A stretch of DNA of 64,000 nucleotides from Camelus dromedarius (lineage: Eukaryota), in NCBI RefSeq assembly GCF_036321535.1, contig NC_087472.1, positions 99,512,001 to 99,576,000 on the forward strand. Direction: 5' to 3'. Positions 49,192-64,000 of this stretch are shown piece by piece. A program made the translations under genes and the position numbers. The notes under the pieces are model-generated. The model searched no databases. It was not told where the DNA came from and worked only from the letters and a program-made list of their open reading frames with translations. Position 1 is the first letter of the stretch. Every line of letters starts with the position of its first letter.

Positions 49192-51599
49192 GTAAGTGCC
49201 GCCACTGTTTGTAGTGTTCGTGTAGTATGAGCAAACTGAAGAGTCTCAGCAGATTGCACGTGTCTCCTAGGCCAGTTACTTACATTCTGAATCTGTTCCT
49301 GTTACTGTCTTTGAATTTAGACTTTCTTTTCATAGATTTTTCCTTCTAGGCTAGGAATCAGTTGCCATGTTTTAAAAGAAGTGTTCTAAATTCTTGGGCT
49401 TTAGGCAAGTAGAAGTTTAGCATGTTAGAATTGGGTTTCATTTATCTTCTAATTCACATGATTATTTTAATGTTTTGAAAACTTACTGACTTACTGGAAG
49501 CAAAATAGCTTTTATTCTAAGAACTTTATCATTTTGACTTCTGGTCTCCAAGTAAGTTTTTACTCTAAGCCTTTGATTTAAAAAAATGTAATGTCAGATT
49601 TGGCCCATAGGTAAATAGTCATTTAGAAAAATTGTACATAGATTTTAAAATACTTAAATCTTCCTTTTATATAGCACTGTTAGTTACTTTACCATGTAAA
49701 TTCTAATTGTTTTATGTATTGATTCCTAGCATTCTTTTTTTCCTTCAACTTACCTGTAATTTCTGAAGGTTTTTAAATATTCTGGAAGGAATATTTGTGG
49801 TGATCATGTATTGTCTCTGATGTTACCCTTCCCAGTTAGTAACTCATGCTGGATATTGTCATTGTTTCAAGAAATTTCACCTTCCTCAATATACACCATC
49901 CTTTGCTTCCACTCTCTTGCTCCCTTCCTGAGTGTATTTTTTTTCCTATTCAGTCTCCACCCTCTGGCATACTACTTACTTGATTTCTTGCTAGGACCAG
50001 GGAATTAAATTATATCCTCAGTGCCCTACTTTAGATCACTATTTTTATAATTTTATATTTATAAATCCCATGTTATAGAACTGCATAGATCGAACTTATC
50101 TAAGAGAGTTCACTTACAAAAGCAACAAAAGTAATTTGTTTTCATGTTTTTGACAGGATTTGCGTTGTCTATAATATACGTAAAGGAGACAATGAAACTG
50201 AGAAACCTAAAAGATACGAGGAAGGGACATAAATGCTCAGTTCCTTTCGGAGAAACTGTTGACTCATATTCCTCTAGCCATCCAGTTAGCTCCATAACCT
50301 CAAGATTCCAGTTTCATTTTCCTTGAAATATTCAAAATTTCATCTGAAAAGCGTACACTTCAAAGAGTATTCAAAAAAAGAAGAAGAATGAGAAAGGAAC
50401 AAGCTTTATCAGGTTTAAAGCTTATTTAAAGCAGTAATAATTCAGTGTGTTTTGGGGAAAAATAATACAGGCATATAAGCCAGTAGAATAAAATAATACA
50501 AAAAGTATTGTATATTAAAGTTTAACGTATTTGTTACAAAAATATTGAGCACTTGCTGTGCTATGTGACAAAGCAGAACAGTGGGTAATTAAATTATAAT
50601 TTTATATTTGTTTGAAAAACTCCTGAGCAACCAGGAAAAAAATTAATGTGTTCTCTTAAACCCTATATCATAATAGACAACACTCTAACTGAATTTTACA
50701 ACTTAACGCATCCTAGGAAACTTGTGAAGAGAGATTGAGCAAATCACAAATTACAAACAAATTGATGACACAAAAAATTGTGACCTTTCATACAATGAAA
50801 AGTAACATAAATAGAAAATCAGGAAATTATTTGTCTCAAATATTATAAAATATAAGGAATTGATTAAAAGGATCCTACTGGCCAAATCTAGGACAGTTGA
50901 AACATTGCAATAGTTAATAATAGTGATAGATTACAACGCACTGAATAAAGTAAGACTCCATGAGTTAATCCATAAATTAATTAATGGGGAGCAAGAGAAA
51001 GCTCTTTCTTACAAGAATTCCAACTAATAAATGTAAAAGGAATGATCGAGTTAGGAGTTCCTAAGAAATAACATTACGACCTCCACCTAAAGGAGTTTAG
51101 AATACATTTTATGCAAGGGGATACAATAAATAATTTTTGTGAAAATGTTCCAGTTTTCTGATAAAGAGATGCATATAAAATAATGAGTTATCATTTCATA
51201 TGATAGCAACCTAAAGTAGCAGTTTTGCAATATATACAAAGAGCCATTATTGCTGCAAAATTAACCAGAGGAGATAATCTCAAAGAAGAAGTTTGTGTGG
51301 TTGAAAATTTTCATTGCAACATTATTTATAATACTGAGAATTTAGAAATCTTATAAATATGGAAAAATAGAGGAATGTTTAGAAAATTATGGTATACCAC
51401 TTAGAATATTATTTAAATGAAATATTTCAAATATAATCACAAAAAGGAACATAATGAAAATATGTAAGTGAACAATTACAACAGATTTGGCTACCCCAAG
51501 TACATAAAATTATATAGATATAAACTATAGAAGAGACCATAGAGAAGTGAAGATACTTGACATATTGGAATTGTAGGCTGCTGATGTGTTCTTAAATTT

Positions 51600-53350
51600 A
51601 ATCCTTATTTTTATCAAAATAATATGTGTATGGAGTCTTAAAAAGTAGCAGTGCTTTTCCTGCCCTCCTCCCTATCCCAATTCTTGACCCACAGAGACAG
51701 TGACTTCCATCTCTTTAGCTGCTGCTTCTGCCATTTACCTCCACATTCAGTAATCTTATATTGCAATTCTTTGATTGTTTTCATTTGGAGACATAATCTA
51801 TGACTTCCTACTATGGAAGATTAGGATTTGGTTCTCTTCTACTACCACCTACACACAATTTCCCTTTTCATGTCCTCCCAGCAGTGTTTTCATAATGCTT
51901 TATAAAAATTGTTCCTAGCTGAGCCAAATGGTATACTGGAGTCACATTTCCTTCACATCTGTGCTGTATTAGACCTCCTTTCCTAAATTCTGTATCTACC
52001 TTTTTCTCAGTTCACCTACTAGTTTTGGTGGAACACATCTTCCTAGCAACTACCTCAGAAAGGCTGAATGGATGGTAAATTTTTCATAACCTTGCACGTC
52101 TGAAAATGCCTTTATTCTACCCCCTCAATTTACAATTTGGCTGGACATAAAATTCTAGGTCAGAAATAGTTTTCCCTCAGATATTTGAAGGCATTGTTTC
52201 ATTGTCTTCCAGTTTCCTGTGTAGCAGTTATGAAATTTATTGCCATTTGATTCTCAGTCTTTTGTGTGTAAGCTGCTTTTTCTCTTTATAAGTCTTTAGA
52301 ATCAATCTACTCTTTATCCCTGGTGTTCTGAAATTTGTATAGTGGTATTTCTTTAGTGTGGGTTTTTAAAATTCATCATACCAAATATGGGGTGGTCTCT
52401 TTCAATCTAGAAACTTGTTTCTTTAGTTCTGGGAAAGTAGTTTGTCTTTTCTTCTCCATTTTGTAACTGCTACTCTTTGGATATGTTTGGTCCTCCTGGA
52501 TTGTTGCTTAATTTTTAATTTTTTTCAATCCTATCTTCCATTTTTGTCTTTTTTTCTGTTTTCTAGGAAATTTTATCAACTGTCTTCAAATCCCTCTATT
52601 GACTTGTTGTTTCTACCATTATTTTTAATTTTGTAGATTGTCCTTGTTCTCTATTCTATTTTTAAAAACCTTTTATTATGGAAAGTATCATTTACAGGAA
52701 GAAACAGAAGAATGTAGAGAACCCCCATATATCCTTCTCTTTCCTTCAACATTTCTCAACTCATGATCAGTCTTTTTTTATGTGTTCTCCCTCTTCCCCT
52801 CTTTCGATATTTTGAAGTAAATCCCAGATGTTGTATAATTTTTTCCATAAATATTTTAGTATGTATATCTAAAAGATAAAGACTCTTATAAGAAATAATA
52901 CAATTCTATCATTATACCTAAAAATTAATATACAGATATCCAATCTGTTCAAATTTCCAATTGTCTCTATTGTTATAATTCATTTTTCTTATTGCAGTTT
53001 GTTCAAATCAGGATCAGGTCTGTGTTTTTCTACTTGATAGCTATTTTTCACATTTAGAGCTTTTCCTCAAATACCTGGGAATCCTTTGCTATCTTTTCCT
53101 CATTTAAGAGTGAGGCACCAAAAAACTGATTGGAAAGGGTTCTTTGGCAAGAATTTGCTTATTTCTCATTGGCTTCTTTTCCTTAGGCTTAGATTTTAGC
53201 CTTCTCTGATCTACTGTGTGAATTACTTGAAACCTTCTGCTACTGCTTCATCTCCTATTCTTTGTCCTTGTGAATTTGTGATAATGCTTCCATTATTGTA
53301 ATTTCAGTGAGGTTTTGGAAGAAAGTAAAACATCCATGTTTAACTAGAAG
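51600..53350 (-). mobile_element. HAL1/L1ME antisense relic with nested L1MC5-like 3' end (~52665-53020)
   Basis: cacgtctgaaaatgcctttattctacc...ggctggacataaaattctaggt...atttgaaggcattgtttcattgtcttccag. Confidence 0.65.
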
Positions 53351-56114
53351 TCTCTTTCCATTTTAAAGTTTCTGTTAATACAATAAATAGGATCAAATAA
53401 AAGTCAGAAGTGTCCGGTTGAGTTTATGGGGACTTTTGTCCTAATAAATTAGTCTCTGGGCTTAAAAGGTTTTGTAAACCATTGCTCAAAGCAATTTCTT
53501 AATATATAATTCTAGAAATATAAACAGCACATTCTTACTCATTCTCATGTTCAAATCAAGTAAAGTTTAAAATCGAATAATTACTATATAATAAGAATTA
53601 TTTCAGAGGAATGTATTTGCTTTGCCAGCATGAGTCAGTATTAACAAATTCTATTTTAGGTCTTAGAATTTAACCAATATAAAACATGCCTTCTTCTGAA
53701 CCAGTAATATCCTAATCCAAATTCCCGATTGTAAATGATTTATATTTGGCACTAGGTCTTCATATAAGTGAAAGAAACCAAATTAGAACTATTAACACAG
53801 TCCTACCTCAGACAAAAGAAAGGAATTCTTTAGTGAATGAATCTCACTGTTCATTTTGAACTAAACAGGGTCTCATCATTGTTACATATAAGGAAACCAT
53901 CTCATAAGATAATCATAATAGGAAGAAAATCATCCGGTTCTAGCCTCTCATTTTACAGGGAAGGACTCAGGAAGTCCCTGAGCAATGAAAGGATTTGACC
54001 AAGGTAACTTACCTAGTTATTAGCATGGCCGCTGAACTATAGCTCTTGACTCCCAAGTACTTGTTCTTTTCATTGTGGTAGAATAATACAAGAGGAATGT
54101 ACAGTAAATATATTGGTGGATATTTTTGCTGCTTACTGAGCAGAAGGGTGATTTTTTAAAATGATAACCTTTGTATAATTACTGAAAGAGGCAGAAATTT
54201 GGAATCCAACTTCAAAGTAATGGGAACCTCATCCAAGATTGTATGGGTAACAGTAGAAGAAAGAGCAGGGTTGGGCTAGACTAGAATAGAATTATCAGCA
54301 GGCCTAGGTGATAAACCTCATTCACATAAATAATAGAAAGGGCCTGTTGAACATAAGACACCAGAGTTGTAGTGATAGGACAAGATAATGAAATCAGAGA
54401 TTGATACCTAATTTGATATACCAGCAAGACAGGTCAACTAAAAGACTGCATCGACATCAGGAACAGTTGATTCCTATTCCTATTTTGCCCATTTTCAGTC
54501 ACTGCCACCAAAATCTCCCAGTTGGAGTTGGAAAACTGGTAGAATGAGAAACAGGATTTTTTTTTTAAAGTTTCTTGGTTTATTTTTCCTGGAGGTCTTA
54601 TTTCTGTGTTTTAAATATCAGTGGTCACCTTAAATTGACAAGAAAACCAACTCATCTTTCTCTCTGTCCCCACCCCCGCCACCAGAAAAGACTCTTTCCC
54701 ATTCTTTCTGTTTAATCTTTCACACACCAGTCCCTCTGGCCTGAAGAATAAAAGTTATTTATGATTTATTCTTCTTATTATGCGAAAGAAAAAAAAACTT
54801 CAGTGAATGATTATTTTCATCTCTTAAATCCATTGAGCTACCAACACAAGAGTACTTATCAAATGATTATTTTAATCAACTGTTTACTTGTCTGTCATTC
54901 CCACTGGATTATGAGCTTCTTGAGATTATTTTATTTGTATTTGCATCTCACAGTGCCTGGCACATAGAGTTTGCTCAAGAAATGTTCAGTTGGTAAAAGA
55001 GAGCTTTGTTTACAGGTCAAATGTAAATTCATCCTGGCATTCCAGATTGTCAAGAATCTGGATCCTCCCTACTTCCCCTCCCCAGTTTCCACACTGATTT
55101 GGTTCCCTCTTGTTCATCATGCATGCCTCCATGTCCTTGCTTGCATTAGTGCTCCATACCTGGGCTTTTCTTTTCTAGGTCCAATCCTTCCTGCCCATCT
55201 AAGTTCTACTCTAAAAGTCCCTAACTCCATCTCTTCCCTTTAGCCTTCTTATGCAAGTAAAACTGATCTTTCCCTTTTCTGAATTCCTGTACTACTTGTT
55301 GATGGTAATACATCATTTTATCCCTTTATCATATTCATGGTGCTATAGCTACCATTTAATTGAATATCTCTCATATATATAGCAGGTCCTGGGATATACA
55401 AACCTCATCTCAAATGGTCGCACAATCCCCAAAGATACAGTGGTGTTATCCCTATTTTATTGATGAGAAGTAACTGAAGCTCAGAATATAAATAACTAAT
55501 TTGCTCAGGATGACACAGATCTGAATCCAGATCTTTCTAATTCCAAAAAGCCTTTGCTCTTTTAGCTGCACCACAGTATCTCTTCTCCCTCTCCTCTCCT
55601 GCCTCCCTCATAATATACCTTTTGAGATATATCCACCCTTCACCATGTCTGCCACATTTTGTAGATGGTTAATGAATGTTTGTTGAGTTGATAGGGGTGT
55701 TAAAACCTATTTCTTTTTTTTTGTTTGTTTTAATATTTTATTGGAATAGAATACCTTGTTTTTAAAAAGTTGGTCTTTTGGGGACCATTTTTCATAACTT
55801 TGATTAAAATACTTGGCAAGTTTGATGTTAAAGCCACCATCTAATACGTTCTCTGTATTTATTTTTTTAACATAAAGGATAGGTTTTGTAAATATATGCA
55901 ATATCTTCTGGTAACAAAATTTAATAAAAAATACTTACTAAATTTGAAATTTCAAGGGCAGTAGTTTCATTTATACATATAATAATTTTATATGTATAAC
56001 ATTTTATACATATAAGCAAAATTTTATTTAAAATAATCATTTAAAAAGAGATTTTGCTTTAAAGATTGTCTCTGAAAGCTTTTACAGTGTAGCCATATGT
56101 GCATTATTTTATAG

Positions 56115-56195
56115 TTCGAGACCGTGTTCGGACAAAAATGGAGCGTGATATCTTGGTAGAAGTTAATCATCCTTTTATTGTCAAGTTGCATTATG
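56115..56195 (+). CDS. RPS6KA3: RSK2 coding exon 5 ([27 protein letters not shown])
   Basis: ttttatag|TTCGA ... TATG|gtaagt, 81 bp, phase 1/1, continues the exon 4 frame. Confidence 0.98.
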
Positions 56196-56438
56196 GTAAG
56201 TTATCAACAACCTTCCGCTTCATCCCTTTACCTCATTCTCCCACTTCTGAGTACATTCAGGTATACTAATGTATATAAATGTTTACTTGTGTGTATTTAT
56301 ATGTATTTAGTAGATACATATGGTAAAGTCATGGAAATTAAACCATTACTTCTTAGATAAACTTTAGAAGCTTTTATTGCACTTAGCTTCATGTTTCTTT
56401 TAGACATTATAGTTTCTGAGTGAAAAACCATAGGAACA

Positions 56439-56580
56439 GGAGAGGGTGTATAGCTCAGTGGTAGAGCGTGTGCTTAGAATGCACAAGGTCCTGGGTTCAG
56501 TCCCCAGCACCTCCATCAAATAAATATATATACATAATTACCTACCCCCTAAAAAAATAAAAATAATAATTAAAAAAAAG
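56439..56580 (+). mobile_element. tRNA(Ala)-like SINE, camelid vic-1 type, with TSD
   Basis: ggagagggtgtatagctcagtggtagagcgtgtgcttagaatgcacaaggtcctgggttcagtccccagcacctcc plus A-rich tail. TSD aaaaccata(g/a)gaacag at 56424-56439 and 56581-56596 (15/16). Confidence 0.88.
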
Positions 56581-57125
56581 AAAACCATAAGAACAGATAA
56601 TGAAAATTTTATAAATTATAATAATTAACAACAGTGTACCAGCATTTTATACTCTATGTGTGTTAGACTAACTTAAAAGCAAGAAAGATCCTTAATGTTA
56701 ATATCCTGAAACTTATCACCTTTCTTTTCCCCAAAGGCATATGTGCTTTTTCTCAGTGGGGAAAAGTGTGGTGATTCTTATTATGTATAATTAGAGCTAA
56801 CCAATACACATTTTTTTTTTTTGTAGTTAGGTGATGTGGTTTTTATATTTTGTTTCATGGTTAAATAAGTCTTTTTCTGTTGGGAATTTTTCTCTTATTG
56901 ATCACATGTTTTAGAACTATTGTATTCCTGAGAGACTATAGCCTGAATAAAATCTAACAAATGTTCTAGTGGTTCCATAATAAGAAACACTACATTTAAC
57001 ATTTCTACATGGAAACGAAGAGAAATCAGTGGTTATTTATCTTCTAAATAAAAATTAGTTTAGATCTATGGTATAGTTATTAACTTGCTAAAAGTAGTAT
57101 TCATTTGTGAATGAGTTGAATTTAA

Positions 57126-57374
<249 letters not shown>

Positions 57375-57781
57375 TAATTTTGAATTTATTCTGAAAGTAG
57401 GATTTTTAAATTGATAAACTGTCTTTTGTCCTGCTTCTTTTAGTTGCAGTTTTTTCAGAAGCAATAATATATCAACAAGATATCCTTAAACAATTGGTAG
57501 TGGAAATTCAGCGTGCATATATTCAAGATCATTTTTCGTTTCTAAGATGTTACTGTGGTGGAGCAATAATAGCACACTCTAAATATAGTTGTTACTTAAC
57601 AAAATTTTAAAAGTATTTCCCTCATGGTTCATGTTTAGCATTTAGTAACTGACTAGTTGACTGATTCAATCATTTTGCAAATTCCTTTCATAAGTAAATT
57701 GTGACTGAAACTACAGGTAATTAGCGTATTTGTGATTTTTTTAATCTTTAAACTTTAAGATGGAACTTTAAATAAAAATAA

Positions 57782-57937
<156 letters not shown>

Positions 57938-60900
57938 TAAGGAATCATGCTGCTAAGTTGAATAGAATCTAATATAATTATTTAGGAGGGAATAAATATA
58001 GTATTATTTCATCAAACTAGCACAAACATTGGATTAGAGTGCCTGTGCTTTACATTTCTGCTAACACTATGTATTCTCATACTTTTAAATATCTGTTAAT
58101 CAGCATTTCTTTTAACATTATATCTTGTTTTCATTTGCATTCTTTGATTTTTAATGAAGTTGAAGTCTATATTCATAGGTTTATTAGAAATTTGTATTTT
58201 TCTGTGATTTTTCTGTTCATGGCCTTTGCTCTTTTTTTGTTTTTGGAATGTCATTTTTTTTTCTCGATGATTTGTAAGAGGCTTTTCTTTACAAATTAAG
58301 AATTTAACCATTTGACATATGCTGAAAATACATATTTTTAGTTTAATCTTTTAATTTTATGTTATTTTAACCTACTCAGGTATTTTTTTTCTCAGTCATA
58401 TCTACCAATTTTTCCTTTTTTTCTATGACTTTTATTCTTAGAAGGGCTCTCCCAATCTCATGATCAGGTATTTATTTTTCTTCTAAATTTATGGTTTCCT
58501 TTTTTTACTTTTAACTCCATCTGGAAATTTTTTGGTATGAGGGGATGGCATGGAGCGAATTGTTTTGTCCAAACACCATTTATTGAAAATTTTCTTCTCC
58601 ACATGATTTCAAATTATTAGTGTGAGTTGAGCAAATTTCCCATTGCTTTTATAGTGGTGATTATCAAGAAGTTAATATTATTTAAGTTGTATACAATACT
58701 GTGCTCTAATTTGTTGATATTTTGAGCAAGATTTTTTTCCCTTTTTTAAGGATATAAACAAGAGTCTTCTATCAAGAATTTTTAAAAGCAGCTTTATTTA
58801 GATGTAATTCACATACCATACAATTCATTCATTTAAAGTGCACAATTCAGTGGTTTTTAGTATATTCAAAGAGTTGTACAACTATCATTTTTATCAAGAC
58901 TTTGTATATTATTTACATTAAAATGTTACATGCGAAATGTAAATTACATATTGCAACAGGAAACAGGAAATGTTCCTCTGGAATCTTATTGAGTGATCAC
59001 TTACAAATTGTTGTACTTTCACGTTTTACATTTGTTTTTCAGGTATTTTGTTTTCAAATAAGTTTCATATGGTTCTGTTTTTATTCCCCGCATAATGACT
59101 GAGTTTTTTTCATCATTTTCCCAATTTCACTGTCATAAGATACAATTCCTGGTGAGAATATTCAACTTACAGACCTTAGAAGTAAAACATTACTATAAGT
59201 ATAAGATAAAACACTCAAAAATGTTAGTGTTTTGTATCATTTAATTGAATGTATTTATTGTAGATCATTGTATTAACGTTGGTCATAAAATTATATATAA
59301 AGCGTGGGCCCTGTCTCAAAGGTCAAATAAGATCTGATGTAAGATTGCTTATAATGAGATCTTTCACATAAATGCCTAGACGACACTATTAAATTGAAGT
59401 ATCATTTAATTATTAAATGATCCAAGTAAATACCATCATATAAAAACATGGGAGAAATTTAAACTTTTGGCCCAATTGTTGTATGTACTACAAGGGGTTT
59501 CCCAGATTCCTTTAAACTAGAATTCTGTTATAATAAATGTGGCTGAAATAATTATTAGTAATTGAAGGGGAATTTTCCTTATTGAGAGTAGTAGAGTTAA
59601 CTTTTTCTTTCAAAGATAAAGGATGGGCATGATTATCTTAAAAGAATGCATTTGCTGTAGGAAGCATAAGTCATGCCCTTTTAGCCATGTTTTCTTTTTT
59701 AATTTCTTTAAAATTAACAAGAATGATTTAAGGTTTTGTTTATTTTGGGTTTTTTTTTTTTTTTTGAACTCTCTTTCATGAATTCATTAGACAGAAGGGA
59801 GGACACCATACTGATAATTCCCTTTATATTCCCTAAATGTGTTGGTCTGCTTTGTAATCAAGCATAATCAAGATTAGTAGTTTTTTTCCTAACAAGCCCC
59901 TTGTTATGAAGGAGCCTTGAAAAAAATATGTCCTTACTGAATTACCCTCAGTGGTAAACTTTATTGTAACCATAGTTGAATTGATGATCTAGGAAAGTTG
60001 GTGGTGTTTTTGACTTAGTAAAATTTTATTATAACAAAATTTGGCTTGCACATTTTTTTTAGTTAGAATTAAAAGGAAATGCCTATATTATGGAATTACT
60101 TTGAATATAAATGAAGCAATTTATTTCTTGACCTTTCAAGTCAGTATGCTAATACCTATCCAGAATTGCAATTACTGGCTTATAGCTTAGTACTTACCCC
60201 TTTCTACTGCTCCTTAATTAATGACCTTACTCTCCACTCAGTTGTCTGCTAAATCCAGAAACCTGAGTATCTTTTCCATTTGGTCTGCTTTATCATAACT
60301 CCTATCTAAGAGCACACTAAATATTACTTATTTTTCCCTCTGAAGTGTTTCCTAAAATCACAGATCTGATTATCTCTCCCCTCCATGCATGTCAGCCTTT
60401 TATGGTCTTCATTCCTCTTTAGAAGAAACCCAAACACTTTGGAATGCCATATTGGCCCTTTGCAGATGGGGCCCCTTCGTTCAGCCTGTATTTCCTATTT
60501 ATCTGTGCTCTGCCAGACACTGAGCTACAAGATGAACAAGGTCAAAGTCAAACTCTCTAGGAGCGCTCAGTTTACTGAGAAAGAGAGAAAACACTGGATG
60601 ACATGTACAATGAAGGGATGTCAAGGAAAAACAAGGAGTGTGAGGAAGGTGTGTTGAGAAGAGGACTGTGTAAGTTGTGTCACAAAAAAAGCTAGGAGAG
60701 AATGATTGAGTCAACTGCTTAAGAATGATCAAGAGAATGACAACTCTTAACACATTTGACTTAAATATGTGGATCTGTCTGTTGTGCAGGTACTAGGGAG
60801 TTTAGTTAGGCCACCTCTGCAGAAAGGCATTAGGAGGAGCAACTTGAAAGTGTATAGGTTTTGGTTGTTTTCCTAATAGTTCTCAAGTGTCCCTGGCTCA

Positions 60901-61126
60901 TTAATACAAGTTTATAAGGCTCTGCCTTTGGGATTTGTTACATATGTGTGTCCAAAAAAAAAATTAATAATATCCCCTCCTTTAGCTTTGCCTTCTTATT
61001 CACAGTCTAAAACAGTATTTTAGAATGAATGTGAAGATCTGATGCTTAACAAAGTAATTTCAGTTTTAGCTTCTAAAAATCTCTATTTAGTGTTTGAAAA
61101 GCTTTTCTAACTTTGTTTTCTTTCAG

Positions 61127-61164
61127 CATACTTCTTGATGAAGAAGGTCACATCAAGTTAACAG
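61127..61164 (+). CDS. RPS6KA3: RSK2 coding exon 8 (ILLDEEGHIKLT)
   Basis: ttctttcag|CATA ... ACAG|gtaaaa, 38 bp, phase 2/1, bridging exons 7 and 9. Confidence 0.97.
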
Positions 61165-61287
61165 GTAAAAATCCTCATTTTGTTAAAATAGTCTCTCCTA
61201 CTCTATATAATTTCCTTTAAGGTTGGCCATAGTACAAATATTAAGTAACTCATTGTTTGTGTTTAAAAGTTGAATTAGGACTTTTAA

Positions 61288-61557
<270 letters not shown>

Positions 61558-61731
61558 TGAGAAGTTCAGTAGTGAATATAGTAGTAATAAAAATAACTTG
61601 TTAAAAAAATCAGTTGTTTTATTATATAGCGATTTTAGAAGATTTGGTTATAATTAAGATGATGCTTTTTTACCTTCTGGTCTTGAGATTTTATACTTAC
61701 TAATACCTCTGATTATTTTGCCTGTTTGCAG

Positions 61732-61802
61732 TTTGAGATGCTCACTGGTACACTACCTTTCCAAGGAAAAGATCGAAAAGAAACAATGACTATGATTCTT
61801 AA
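61732..61802 (+). CDS. RPS6KA3: RSK2 coding exon 10 ([24 protein letters not shown])
   Basis: gtttgcag|TTT ... CTTAA|gtaagt, 71 bp. Confidence 0.98.
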
Positions 61803-61959
61803 GTAAGTACTCCCTAGTGGATATGTTTTGATGAGATTTAAAGATAAATGCTTCAAACTAAAAAATGAGATTTTAGAGTGTTAGCTGTTGTATAAGAAAT
61901 AACTAAGAAATTTGTTGATATTATGACATCAATATTATGTGGTTTAAATAAGAGCAAAC

Positions 61960-63915
61960 TGCATACATCTAGAGTACTCATATTATCTTCATGTTAATAT
62001 TGAAAGCTTTACCTTTGAGATTTGGAATATGACAGAGATGCTTATTATTCCACTTCTTTTCACATTGTCCTGGAGGTACTAGCAAGTACAGTAAGACAAT
62101 CAAAGAAGTACAATTTAAGGTTTAAAAAGAAGGAATAAAATTGTCATTGTTTAGATAATATGATTGTGTCCACAGAAAATCCAAATCTTCATATAAATCC
62201 TTGGAATTAATAAGAGTTTGGCAAAGTTGCTGGATAAAGAGTCAATAAATAAAATCTGTTTCACGTCTGTATACTAGCAACAGAAAATGGGATTTTTAAA
62301 AAGATACTGTTTATAATAGTATAAGAAATAGCAAACCTAGGGATAAATCTAGTATAAGTTATGTAAGAACTCTGTGCAGAAAATTTAGAAAATTTTACAT
62401 AAGGAAATTTTAGAAGATCGAAAAAACTTAGAAAGTTGTGCCATTTTCACATTATGGCAGACCCAGTGTTGTAAAGATGCATGTTATCCAATAGAAATAC
62501 AGTGTGAACCACATACATAATTTAAAATTTTCTAGTAGCAACATTGAAAAAGTAGAAGGAAATAATTAAAATTAATTGTAATATATTTTATTTAACCCAA
62601 TATATATCCAAGGTATTATCATTTCAACATGTAATCAGCATTTTAAAATGATCAAGATTTGATACATTTTTAAATTTGAAGCTCACTGTGTATTTTACAC
62701 TGTTTGAGCTAGCCACATTTCAAGTGCTCAGTGGCTGTGTGTGGCTAGTGGCTTCCATATTGGACAGCATAACTATCATTTCATTGCAAATCAAATTTAA
62801 ATCTGAGTAAGCTTTTTGTGTAGAACTTAATAAACTGATTCTAATATAATACAAGGGACCAAGAACAGCTAAAACACTCCTGAAGAAAATCAAGATAGGA
62901 GGACTTGTTTTATCAAGTATCAAGCCTTACTATAACTGTAATTAGGACAATATGGCATTAAAACAAGTATAGAAAATAGACTTGTAAAACAGACCAGAGA
63001 GCCCAGTAACAGACCTATACATATGTAGACACTTAACCATTGGAAATTGAAGAGCAATAGGGAAGTAGCAGCCTTTTTAAATAAATCATGCTAGAAAAAT
63101 TGGTATTCATAAAGAAGAAGATGAAACAACTCCTACCTCACACCATCCACAAAGATCATTTCCAAGTATATTATAAATATATATATATTTTATGTATATG
63201 TGTCAAAAGGCAAAAAAGATTCTAGGAGGAAATATAGAAGACTATCTTCATGACCTCGGAGTAGGAAAAGTAGTCTTTGGACACAGAAAGCACAAGCTGT
63301 AAAGGAAAAGAATGAAGAAGTATTACTACATTAAAATTAGTAACTTCTCATCAAAAATATTCCATTGGGAGAGTAGAAGAAGAAAGTTATAACATGTAAC
63401 CCACAAAGGGCTTGTTTCCAGAATATATCAAGGACTCCAGTTAATCAATAAAAAGACAGCCCAGTAAGAAACACAGGTAGGAGACATAGGGACTTCCCGA
63501 AAGAGGATATCCAATGACTGATAAGCTTATTAAAAGATGCTTACCTTCATTAAGCAGAAAATGCCAATTAAAACCACAACAAGCTACAACTACATACCCA
63601 CCAGAATAGCTAACGGTAAAAAGACTGACAATACAAAGTGCTGATGGGCTATGAAGCAGCAGCAGCTTTCATCCATGGCTGGAAGGAATGTAAAGACTTG
63701 TAAAACCACTTTGGAAAGCAGTTTTTGGCATTTCTTCTGAAGTCAAATATATGTATAACCTCATCCATTAACCCCACTCCTAGGCATGCACCCAATTTAT
63801 ATGAATCAAGGTAGTTGCACACCTAGAAACAAGTACCAAGATATTCATAGCACCATTATTTGTAATAGCCAAAAAATGGAAACTTGGTTGCTATATATTC
63901 ATACAGTAGAATACA
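61960..63915 (+). mobile_element. Old L1 ORF2/3' region
   Basis: attccacttctttt...gtcctggaggtactagc, taagagtttggcaaagttgctggata, aactacatacccaccagaatagctaa, aaaccactttggaaagcagttt. Confidence 0.85.
62480..62772. mobile_element. MER33-like hAT-Charlie MITE nested in L1
   Basis: tgttatccaatagaaatac...ctagccacatttcaagtgctcagtggctgtgtgtggctagtggcttccatattggacagca, with inverted ends tgttatccaata / tattggacagca. Confidence 0.85.
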
Positions 63916-64000
63916 GCAGAGGTTGACAAACTATCTAAGTATTTTAGGCTTTGAGGCCACACACAGTCTCTGTCACATAATCTTATTTATTGTTTCTTTC

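Noticed and set aside
56439..56515. tRNA-Ala gene
   Set aside because: It has an A-rich tail and TSD, a degenerate B box and imperfect stems, so it is a SINE rather than a tRNA gene.

Overview
Mammalian genomic DNA, AT-rich and CpG-poor, lying inside RPS6KA3 (RSK2; X-linked in other eutherians) on the + strand. Nine GT-AG coding exons (2-10 by human numbering: 57, 117, 82, 81, 80, 107, 38, 143 and 71 bp) splice in frame to give residues about 24-282, covering most of the N-terminal kinase domain. Exon 1 is upstream of the window and exon 11 onward is downstream. The rest is intron filled with L1, HAL1, L2, MIR, L3, MaLR and hAT relics. Two tRNA-derived SINEs of the camelid vic-1 type and cetartiodactyl-type L1 3' ends suggest a camelid (inference). 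The ORF track is almost all noise apart from ORFs that overlap exons. Best second-look items: (1) a probable alternative first coding exon in intron 2 (MFKFLSFRVRSIQ, in phase with exon 3), preceded by a 3-codon uORF and an upstream splice acceptor; (2) a ~510 bp polyadenylated non-repeat insertion with a perfect 16 bp target-site duplication; (3) a possible AmnSINE1-like relic. I see no evidence for a wholly new biological system. Repeat subfamily names come from remembered consensus sequences and their boundaries are approximate.
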